Below, in pieces: positions 1 to 6,960 of a stretch of 24,493 nt of DNA. A model generated the notes under the pieces. It was not told the DNA's origin. It did no database searches and saw only the letters and a list, made by a program, of their open reading frames with translations. How positions within the stretch are numbered: position 1 is the first letter of the stretch; each line of letters opens with the position of its first letter. Origin of the DNA: a virus (taxonomy: Duplodnaviria; Caudoviricetes); IMG/VR virus record IMGVR_UViG_3300044513_003308, positions 1 through 24,493 of that record, one strand, 5' to 3'. The translations under genes were made by a program, and so were the position numbers.

Positions 1-760
1 CTTCCATTGCATCCATGAACAATTTCTTAACTGCACCCAAAAGAGTAGCTTTATCGTTAGCTGCACCGATTGAGTTTAGTTCATTCATTAAGATCTTAGT
101 GTATTGAGTAACTACTTTCTTAGCATCTCTTTTACCTTCTACTTTAATAGCTTCGTTAACCACTGATTCAAATGCAGGAACTAACATACCACTACCATAT
201 ACGTCAACCATCATCCACTTCTTAGACTTTTCATCAAACAAGTAAATGTATTCTGCACCCCATTGATCAGAAGCTGTTCTAACATATCTCTTAATGTCTT
301 TGATGTTACCATTTAGTTTGTCATCTTCACCGTAAAAATTCATTTTACTTGGATCAGACTCTAAACCTGATGAGTTACCACCATCGATAACAGTATCTAA
401 CGAAGAACCGCCTTTCATGTAACCTTTCTTAATTAGAGGCAACATATTTTCTGGGTAAGAATCATAGTGCGTATAAACTGAAGTGATATTACCACCTTTG
501 TCAATTTTACCGAATTGACCCCTTGTACCTTCAGTAAGCATGAATGATTCATTCATATCTGTACCTCTAAGTCTTTCAAAGAATTCTGATCTTTGTTCTT
601 CTGAAAGTTCTTTAACAGAAGTAACATCATACTCAGCTAACAGTGATTTAAAGTTTTCGGCTTCGTTTTGTCTCTTGCCGTTGTTTTGCTCTTGCACTTC
701 GATTTTGTCGGCTTCAGTTTTAGCGACCACGAATTGCTCGAATGACTTTAATTTTTCCAT
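1..760 (-). CDS. Probable head-internal (prohead-protease-processed) multidomain protein, 3'-truncated by the window edge
   Basis: Not in the ORF track. My translation from ATG at 760 is open to position 1: MEKLKSFEQFVVAK...FKSLLAEYDVTSVKELSEEQRSEFFERL...MLTE-GTRGQFGKIDKGGNITSVYTHYDSYPE...GAEYIYLFDEKSKKW...VVNE-AIKVEG... It is preceded by a GATATATA motif (803-810) and an A-rich leader. Confidence 0.8.
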   Translation of the reverse strand, partial: MEKLKSFEQFVVAKTEADKIEVQEQNNGKRQNEAENFKSLLAEYDVTSVKELSEEQRSEFFERLRGTDMNESFMLTEGTRGQFGKIDKGGNITSVYTHYDSYPENMLPLIKKGYMKGGSSLDTVIDGGNSSGLESDPSKMNFYGEDDKLNGNIKDIKRYVRTASDQWGAEYIYLFDEKSKKWMMVDVYGSGMLVPAFESVVNEAIKVEGKRDAKKVVTQYTKILMNELNSIGAANDKATLLGAVKKLFMDAME

Positions 761-801
761 TTGTAATCTATATTTGTTTTTTAATTTTGATTATCTTATT
801 A

Positions 802-2310
802 TTATATATCTCCTTCAAAAGATACATTTTTTATATCGTATGAGAACTTCTGTTCCCTGTAGATGGCCTGTCTAGCTTTAGCGTGTCTAATTAGGTAATT
901 ATCCCAATCAGGCGAGCTTAAATCATCCACAAAATCAATGATATTGACTGAGTCTTTTGATGCATGTTGTCTCAATCCACGGCCGATTGATTGGCGAATA
1001 ATGACCTCTGATTTGAATGATTCTGTAAAGAAAATGTTGTGAATCTTCTTAATAGAAATACCTGTTGAGAATGTACCATAGCTGGCTACAATTACAACTT
1101 CTTCGCCTGCTTCCATTTTCTTTTTGTACTCTTCGCGAATGTCCTTATCGGTACCGCCATCAACATAGAATACCCTTTTATCACTCTCTTGTCTAAGTTT
1201 TTCATATAACTTTTTGCCATGCTCAATACGGTGAAAAAGGACAAGACTATTACCGCGTACTCTGGAAATAACACTCGAAACGAAGTTGAGCCTGCCTGTC
1301 GAATTAATAATATAGTTTTGTTCAAACTTAAATACGTCTTTACTTTCATATCTGTTTTGTGACATTTCTCTAAATGCGTCTTTAGTACTTTGAGGTGCAT
1401 AATCCATTTTGATCACCTTTACCTTACATTTAGCAATGTGCCCTTCGTTTTGAAGGAAATTAGCCGAAACCTCTGTGATCACAGGTCCAGTATAAGCCAT
1501 CAGTGTAAGTCTGTCTAATGTGCCGGGTTTCGGGATTGTACCTGATAGGCCATAGCGATAATCGGCATTGACGCATTTCTGAAGGATTGTCTTGATCGAT
1601 TGCGATTTAGCTTTATGTGTTTCGTCAATAATAACAGCGTCAAACTGTTCAAAATAGGCTTTGTCTTTTTTAACTAGAGACTGATAAGTACCAATGACGA
1701 CGTTACGGCCAGCTCTAATTTTTTGACCGCTATAAATTTGTTGTACCTTAATATCTATTTGATTACGATAGTTATAATCTAAAAAATCTTCACTGGCTTG
1801 TACAACCAAAGATACATTTGGTACAATAAATAAGATTTTTTGAGCCTTTTCGGTCTCTAATAAATGGGCAACTGTTAAGAATGAGATCAGTGTTTTACCA
1901 GCTGATGTCGCTAATTCTGCCAAACATCTTCTAAACTTTAAGATGTTAAACGCAGCTTCTATTTGATAATCACGAGGTGTAATCTCAGATTTCTCAAAGA
2001 AGTTTAAGGCCCACTCAGTAAAATGTTCTTGGTTAACACCCGTGTCAAATAGCTCTGTAATGCCATTTAACTTTAGCTCATAACCATACTCTTTGCAAAT
2101 GTTCATCACTTCTCGCCAAAGGCCAGAAGGAATCCACTTGTCATCCTTAATGTAGGAAATGTAGCCGTCCCATAAACCCTTCTTCACAAGTGGGTTGAAT
2201 CGCCAAGATTCTATCCTCTTGTTCAAAGAAATGTTAAGCTGTTCAAGCTCCATCTCAGTTGCATCGTCAATTCTTAGCAACTGTTTATTTTCTGTCAAAC
2301 TAAGCTCCAC
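802..2310 (-). CDS. uvsW: UvsW-like SF2 DNA/RNA-DNA helicase
   Basis: Q motif PRDYQ, Walker A LATSAGKT, Walker B IIDETH, motif III GLSGT, ASYGTFSTGISIK and motif VI QSIGRGLR. The 502-aa length is T4 UvsW-like, it is adjacent to a uvsY-like gene, and it starts with GTG. Confidence 0.93.
   Translation of the reverse strand: MELSLTENKQLLRIDDATEMELEQLNISLNKRIESWRFNPLVKKGLWDGYISYIKDDKWIPSGLWREVMNICKEYGYELKLNGITELFDTGVNQEHFTEWALNFFEKSEITPRDYQIEAAFNILKFRRCLAELATSAGKTLISFLTVAHLLETEKAQKILFIVPNVSLVVQASEDFLDYNYRNQIDIKVQQIYSGQKIRAGRNVVIGTYQSLVKKDKAYFEQFDAVIIDETHKAKSQSIKTILQKCVNADYRYGLSGTIPKPGTLDRLTLMAYTGPVITEVSANFLQNEGHIAKCKVKVIKMDYAPQSTKDAFREMSQNRYESKDVFKFEQNYIINSTGRLNFVSSVISRVRGNSLVLFHRIEHGKKLYEKLRQESDKRVFYVDGGTDKDIREEYKKKMEAGEEVVIVASYGTFSTGISIKKIHNIFFTESFKSEVIIRQSIGRGLRQHASKDSVNIIDFVDDLSSPDWDNYLIRHAKARQAIYREQKFSYDIKNVSFEGDI
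803..810 (-). promoter_or_regulatory. Putative late-type promoter GATATATA(AT)
   Basis: Octamer overlapping the uvsW stop codon, 42 nt upstream of ATG 760. The same octamer occurs at four other gene junctions. Confidence 0.6.
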
Positions 2311-2337
2311 ATTTTTGCGGGCTTTTTTATTTTCAGA

Positions 2338-2760
2338 TTACAGATCTTTTAGTGCTAATCTGTTTCTGATGGCAAATCCCATGTTATCTAGAGTCTTTAC
2401 CGATTCTCTCATAAAGTCTAATTGATTCTCTAAGAGAGCTAATTTTGTATTGTCTTGGACCAAATCATTTTCAATGAAGCGCTCCTTTTGTTTTTCACCA
2501 AGCTTATAGTCATACTCATAGTATCTAATATAAGCTTCTCTCCACCTAGCATTGATTGCGTTTTTTTGCTCTTTAATTTTAGTATTTAAGTAAGCAATTT
2601 GTTCAACCATTGTTTGGCGAGAAGACAGAACTCCGGCTATAGTCTCTTCCATGCCATTGACATTTTTTAGACTTTTAGCTAGTTCCTTTATGTTAGTGGA
2701 CCAAGTGGACCTCTGTGCAGTAAGCTTTTGATCAAGCTCAAGTATTTTTTCTCTACTCAT
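2338..2760 (-). CDS. uvsY: UvsY-like recombination mediator protein
   Basis: 140-aa helical protein. C-terminal LDFMRESVKTLDNMGFAIRN resembles the UvsY C-terminal LDF...GFAIK signature. Lies immediately upstream of uvsW. Confidence 0.75.
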   Translation of the reverse strand: MSREKILELDQKLTAQRSTWSTNIKELAKSLKNVNGMEETIAGVLSSRQTMVEQIAYLNTKIKEQKNAINARWREAYIRYYEYDYKLGEKQKERFIENDLVQDNTKLALLENQLDFMRESVKTLDNMGFAIRNRLALKDL

Positions 2761-2769
2761 GTATGTGTC

Positions 2770-2991
2770 TTAAAACAAAGACTTCTTATTGGGATCTGGT
2801 TTAATGTGTTTTGAAATAATCTCTCGCTTCTTGAATTTAGGTTTGCTCATTTTCATTTCAGGAGCATTTATTTCAAGATCAATACTTTCAAAATCAATCA
2901 TCATCTTCAGACCCTTAAATCTGTCTCTGTCGTTATAAAAATCGTCTAAGTCCTTTTCAACCATTTTAGTTATACCTTCTATACGTACCAT
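2770..2991 (-). CDS. Hypothetical protein (73 aa, acidic N-half, basic C-tail)
   Basis: Fills the gap between primase and uvsY on the coding strand, and its start overlaps the primase 3' end. Confidence 0.7.
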   Translation of the reverse strand: MVRIEGITKMVEKDLDDFYNDRDRFKGLKMMIDFESIDLEINAPEMKMSKPKFKKREIISKHIKPDPNKKSLF

Positions 2992-4055
2992 AGATCTAAT
3001 TTACTTGACGTGAAATAATCGTTAATCTTCTTATAAGCGTCTGACTTTAACTCAAAGCACTTAATCATCAAATCATTTAGATCTTTGATATTATATGTAT
3101 CTAGCTCATTTTCTTTTAGAAATTTAGACCACATAAAGACTGGTCGGCCGCGCTTTAGCTTCTCTGTCATTTTCTTTATACCAGTTGTGTCATTATCAAA
3201 CATATATCTAACTGTTTCGATTTCATCAAACTCTTCAGTTGATCGGCCAGCAGTTGAAAGTGCCAGCGAGTTAGTCATAAACTTAGCATCAAGTGGTCCT
3301 TCAAACAGAGTGACTGGTCGTTGAAAGTTTATATGCATAATACCAAACAGTGTTGAAATTTTTGTGATACTATTAAGTTCTTCTTCAGACAATTCTAAAG
3401 GTTGACCCATTTCTTCATACAATTTTGGTAGATCATATGAAAGATAGCGTTGGCCATAACCCTTCATTCTTCGTGTTTGAGCACCTATAATTTTACCTTC
3501 AGCACCAAAGTTAAGTATCCAAAGTCGATGCTCTTTAGCTGAATACAAAAACTCATCTACTTTATGATGCAGTAGTCTGTCTTTTAACTGAAACCAAATC
3601 CAGTCCCCAGGTTCTATTGGCTTTGCCTTAAACTTAGCTTTAAAAAGATCTATGTCAATAGCATATTTTTGTACTCTTTCGAAAACTGTTGGTTGAAGAA
3701 CAGCTTCACTATTTACCTGTACTTTATTTTGCTGAATATAGTCAATAATAGTAAACGAATCATCACCATTATTAAGTCTAATTTGATGATCCTTTAAAAA
3801 AGAGTGGAGATTGGTGTGATAGCTACAATTGTAACAGTGATATTGTAATGTATCCCAAAAGATGTTGCCACGTTTTTTAGTGTCATCTTTATAGGAATCA
3901 CCACAATAAGGACATGCTAGGGTTATTCGCCCATGCATGTCCTTTAGTGATTGCTTATTAGGATTTGTATGTTCTTGTTGTACTACTTGTTTAAGTGCAA
4001 CTCGAATTTTATCCTTAAGCTCCTCGGTAAGAGTTATATTAGATGTCGAGGTCAT
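2979..4055 (-). CDS. 61: DNA primase, T4 gp61-like
   Basis: Zn-binding CPYCGDS...YHCYNC, TOPRIM motifs FEGPLDA and YMFDND, and C-terminal KDLND. Confidence 0.92.
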   Translation of the reverse strand: MTSTSNITLTEELKDKIRVALKQVVQQEHTNPNKQSLKDMHGRITLACPYCGDSYKDDTKKRGNIFWDTLQYHCYNCSYHTNLHSFLKDHQIRLNNGDDSFTIIDYIQQNKVQVNSEAVLQPTVFERVQKYAIDIDLFKAKFKAKPIEPGDWIWFQLKDRLLHHKVDEFLYSAKEHRLWILNFGAEGKIIGAQTRRMKGYGQRYLSYDLPKLYEEMGQPLELSEEELNSITKISTLFGIMHINFQRPVTLFEGPLDAKFMTNSLALSTAGRSTEEFDEIETVRYMFDNDTTGIKKMTEKLKRGRPVFMWSKFLKENELDTYNIKDLNDLMIKCFELKSDAYKKINDYFTSSKLDLWYV

Positions 4056-4953
4056 TCAAGAAAGAATCTAGATCATCTTCGCTTGATACGCTCGATGTGT
4101 TTGAAGATTCTGATGAACTTGCCTCGGTCTCAACTACAGTTGCAACTGGCTCTTTCTTAGGTGCAGCCTTTGTTGGTGCTGAAGTCACTTGAGTAATAGA
4201 GTCGCCTGGATTAAGATACATGCGAAGTACATCATTTACAAATGCTCGAGTATCTTCGTCCCATGCTTTGTAATCGTAGCTTGCCAATGAAGGTGCGTTA
4301 TCCAACTCTTCTTTAATAGAAGTCATAGCTTCTTTGCTACGCTCTGCTGGAGAGTCACCGATTACGATAGCTGATTTGCTAGCTGAGAATTTAGATTTAT
4401 CATAGTTGTTATAGTCGCCTTGACGAGTAATGATCAACTCAAAGTTCTTACCTTCAAAAAGGTCAAATACTTGTGTTGGTTCACCAAAGTCTGGCTTCAA
4501 CTCAGCGTCGATCTTCTCTTTAATCTTGTAACCGAATTTAAAGACCATGTACTTGCCTTCTAAATCTGGGTTTTGTGGATCCTTAATGATCTTAATAAGA
4601 GAATAGTATTGCTGACGACGCTTCAATTTCTCTGAAGCTTTACGATCTACTGCAGAGTCACTTTTACGCAACTTCCAGAATACGTCAGCGATTGGACACT
4701 TTTCACCAACCGAAGAAGGTGAATCGACTAGTTTACCGTCACCGCTTGAGTTTGTCAACCAGTGTACGTATTTTTGAATAAGAGAATTACGTGGATTCTC
4801 AGGGTTTGGAACGAAGCGAATCAACGCTTTGTAAGTTCCGTCTTTGCCATCGTCAGCGGTCGGTTTATAGATCTCGCTTACTGATGTTTGTTGGGGCTGA
4901 TGCGTTTCAACGTCTTCTACGCCCAAGTTAAAAATGTCAAAATTTTCACTCAT
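4039..4953 (-). CDS. 32: Single-stranded DNA-binding protein, T4 gp32-like
   Basis: ALIRFVP, CPI, IIKDPQNPDLEGKYMVFKFGYKIKEKI, VFDLFEGKNF and NYDKSKF, plus an acidic tail EDDLDSFLNDLDI. Confidence 0.93.
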   Translation of the reverse strand: MSENFDIFNLGVEDVETHQPQQTSVSEIYKPTADDGKDGTYKALIRFVPNPENPRNSLIQKYVHWLTNSSGDGKLVDSPSSVGEKCPIADVFWKLRKSDSAVDRKASEKLKRRQQYYSLIKIIKDPQNPDLEGKYMVFKFGYKIKEKIDAELKPDFGEPTQVFDLFEGKNFELIITRQGDYNNYDKSKFSASKSAIVIGDSPAERSKEAMTSIKEELDNAPSLASYDYKAWDEDTRAFVNDVLRMYLNPGDSITQVTSAPTKAAPKKEPVATVVETEASSSESSNTSSVSSEDDLDSFLNDLDI

Positions 4954-5007
4954 GATACCTTAAAATTGTTTAAAAAAATGTTTAATACTTGAAATTACTT
5001 TCAATCC

Positions 5008-5035
5008 TTATAATTGCAACTAACTAAATGTTTCA
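5008..5035 (-). promoter_or_regulatory. Putative promoter TGAAAC-N17-TATAA upstream of gene 32
   Basis: TGAAAC at 5035-5030 and TATAA at 5012-5008 with a 17-nt spacer. The same architecture occurs at 5281-5254 (-) and 5321-5349 (+). Confidence 0.6.
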
Positions 5036-5036
5036 C

Positions 5037-5240
5037 TTACTCGTTGACTAGTGATAAAATAGTTGTGTCGTTTTCTCTCCATTTGCCGTTCTCTAGCTTA
5101 AGCAGCCCTGCCTTGTGCAAAAGGTCTTCACGCTCACTATTTGTAAGCTTGCCTTGACGCACCATTCTTACGAGAACTGTGTTCAAACGAAGAAAATCAA
5201 CCGTGACTAAATTGTCATTTATCATTGAGTTTGTAATCAT
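5037..5240 (-). CDS. Hypothetical protein (67 aa)
   Basis: Coding-strand ORF with promoter-like motifs directly upstream. No family recognised. Confidence 0.7.
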   Translation of the reverse strand: MITNSMINDNLVTVDFLRLNTVLVRMVRQGKLTNSEREDLLHKAGLLKLENGKWRENDTTILSLVNE

Positions 5241-5252
5241 TGTTAGTTACTT

Positions 5253-5281
5253 ATTATATATCCCACTTTAAGAGTGTTTCA
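5253..5281 (-). promoter_or_regulatory. Composite promoter: TGAAAC-N17-TATAAT overlapping GATATATA
   Basis: TGAAAC at 5281-5276, TATAAT at 5258-5253 and GATATATA at 5262-5255, which ends 14 nt upstream of ATG 5240. Confidence 0.62.
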
Positions 5282-5320
5282 TGCCTTGTAAAAATAAAAT
5301 GAAATATTTTTTAATTAAAA

Positions 5321-5349
5321 TGAAACAGTCCGTGGGAACCTGCATATAA
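5321..5349 (+). promoter_or_regulatory. Putative plus-strand promoter TGAAAC-N18-TATAA with no downstream plus-strand gene
   Basis: TGAAAC at 5321-5326 and TATAA at 5345-5349, followed by the palindrome CTAAAG-T-CTTTAG (5350-5362). Confidence 0.45.
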
Positions 5350-5377
5350 CTAAAGTCTTTAGGTTCTGGAGGAAAGA

Positions 5378-6028
5378 TTAGGTCGAGGGGTTTGAAACGT
5401 ATGCGACTAAGAAATAGGCATCGATAAGGTCGTCTAAAGGCTTCGGGATCTTCTTCCCAATTTCTAAACCTTTGATTTGGTTATACAACGGGCTTTGAGC
5501 TAAGATCGGGTCTTCCACCGAATTTCTTTGAAAGGCATCAAACAACTGAAGTTTATTCATATTGCCTTTACCAGCATACTTCTTAATAGTGGTTGGAGCC
5601 ACAGTTAGAATATCATCTGGTTTTAAGGTCTTTAACATCTTTAACTTGAGAATTGCGGCACCAGCTGCCATGTCAATCATGTTATTAGTTCCCATCTTTG
5701 AGCCATAACTTGTACCTTCAAAGGCAATTGTAAAGCCATCACCATCAAAACTATTCTGTAAAATCAAATTGATAATGTCATCAGCCATTCGATCATATCT
5801 TTTAACCTTGGCTAATTCAGCACTTGAAAACTCTTCGTTATTAGTAAAATCAGGCTGATGGACTAGAGTTACGTCTTTTAATAGACTTATCTCTTCTTGC
5901 AGCTTTTGCTCAGCTTTAGTCCCTGTTTTTGGTTTAATATAACTTATAAAGTGATACTGTTTACTCTTATCATTATAAACAGCAATACCGGGGGAATTTA
6001 AGGAAAAGTCTACTGAAACGTAGTTCAT
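5378..6028 (-). CDS. ruvC: RuvC-like (RNase H fold) Holliday junction resolvase
   Basis: N-terminal VSVDFSLNSPG (catalytic Asp), IAFEG (Glu), VAPTTIKKYAGKGNMNK and C-terminal DDLIDAYF (Asp pair) match the RuvC catalytic pattern. Confidence 0.85.
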   Translation of the reverse strand: MNYVSVDFSLNSPGIAVYNDKSKQYHFISYIKPKTGTKAEQKLQEEISLLKDVTLVHQPDFTNNEEFSSAELAKVKRYDRMADDIINLILQNSFDGDGFTIAFEGTSYGSKMGTNNMIDMAAGAAILKLKMLKTLKPDDILTVAPTTIKKYAGKGNMNKLQLFDAFQRNSVEDPILAQSPLYNQIKGLEIGKKIPKPLDDLIDAYFLVAYVSNPST

Positions 6029-6397
6029 TTACATTCTTTTACCAAGACTAGCACCTAAAGCAGCACCAACAAGTCTTGAAGTTAATAAATCGTAGAATAC
6101 ACCCTTTTGAATACCTAAAACTCTAGCGATCATTTTACCAACTGATTTACCAAGTGCAAAACCAGTTAGACCACCAATGATCGATCCTAAAAGACCTTCG
6201 TTAGTCATCTCTTCATTTAATCTATCTAAGTCAAAAGAACCGTCTTCATTTTCGTATTCAGCAATAAATGCATCGATAGCTTCGTCAACTCTAGCTTCTA
6301 ATTCTGGAGTCCACTCAGACTGTAACCCTTCTTTCAACATAGACATGTCTTGATCGGTTACTTTCTCTTCAATTAAGTATTTGTTAAATGTTTTCAT
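6029..6397 (-). CDS. Small probable virion protein: acidic propeptide plus C-terminal glycine zipper
   Basis: Starts MKTFNKYLIEE. Residues 1-67 are acidic, then GLLGSIIGGLTGFALGKSVG...LVGAALGASLGKRM follows. GATATATA lies directly upstream. Confidence 0.8.
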   Translation of the reverse strand: MKTFNKYLIEEKVTDQDMSMLKEGLQSEWTPELEARVDEAIDAFIAEYENEDGSFDLDRLNEEMTNEGLLGSIIGGLTGFALGKSVGKMIARVLGIQKGVFYDLLTSRLVGAALGASLGKRM

Positions 6398-6401
6398 AAT
6401 G

Positions 6402-6409
6402 TATATATC
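6402..6409 (-). promoter_or_regulatory. Putative late-type promoter GATATATA
   Basis: Overlaps the TGA stop of the gp3-like gene and ends only 4 nt before ATG 6397. Confidence 0.55.
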
Positions 6410-6959
6410 ATTCTAATTCTATTCTCAAATCGAGTTTGTTGTAATAAAAGGTTACCTCAAATGTTGAGAAGTCTGCAACGTTCTCTGCAAAATTAAGGCT
6501 TAACTCATTAATAGAGTTCATAATTGGTTTTTGAAATTCCATATAGGCTACACTTGCGCCTTCAGCATCTAGAATTCTCAAAGTCAATGGATCTGTATAT
6601 GGTTCTTTAGTTGACCTTGCATAGTAATACAACAAAGTGTCCATCATAATCCAATAGTTAATAAATCCATCGAGCAACTGCATAGTCACCGTAAATTGAC
6701 GTTCTATTGTGTTTTGAATTGGTTGAGCACCTCTGTGGTATCTAATAGAACCATCATTATCAGTTTGGCTAACTGGATCAAAGCTAACACCTGGAATATT
6801 TATACCTTGAATTGAGTAGTTGATAAAATCAATAGGCTCTGCTAACATAGACCCTGGAACCTTATTCAAATACTTTTTGTATTTTTCAGCAACCTCAGCT
6901 GGAATAAACTTCCTAGGAAATCTAAAGTCAAATGCATTATTTCTACTATTTAGAATCAT
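6408..6959 (-). CDS. 3: Tail tube terminator / tail completion protein, T4 gp3-like (tail-tube fold)
   Basis: QGINIPGVSF, FTVTMQLLDGFINYW, LTLRILD, MEFQKP and FEVTFYY align by eye with T4 gp3 segments (QSVPIPGI, ITLYILD, INFYKP). Size is similar (183 aa). Confidence 0.7.
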   Translation of the reverse strand: MILNSRNNAFDFRFPRKFIPAEVAEKYKKYLNKVPGSMLAEPIDFINYSIQGINIPGVSFDPVSQTDNDGSIRYHRGAQPIQNTIERQFTVTMQLLDGFINYWIMMDTLLYYYARSTKEPYTDPLTLRILDAEGASVAYMEFQKPIMNSINELSLNFAENVADFSTFEVTFYYNKLDLRIELE

Positions 6960-6960
6960 C

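Noticed and set aside
540-875. 111-aa plus-strand ORF
   Set aside because: Antisense shadow of the real minus-strand ORF starting at 760 and of the uvsW end; Ser/Leu/Phe-rich, implausible composition.
1092-1400. 102-aa minus-strand ORF nested in uvsW
   Set aside because: Alternative frame inside conserved helicase motifs, with no independent signals.
2195-4160. Plus-strand ORFs 2195-2425, 3085-3324 and 3951-4160
   Set aside because: Antisense to well-supported uvsW/uvsY, primase and gp32 genes.
802-4953. Inteins, introns or homing endonucleases in replication genes
   Set aside because: UvsW, primase and gp32 have ordinary lengths and contiguous motifs; no LAGLIDADG/HNH/GIY-YIG or intein-end motifs were seen.
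5401-5427. Mini-ORF MRLRNRHR downstream of the plus-strand promoter
   Set aside because: Eight codons, antisense to the catalytic C-terminus of the RuvC-like gene; cannot be supported as coding.
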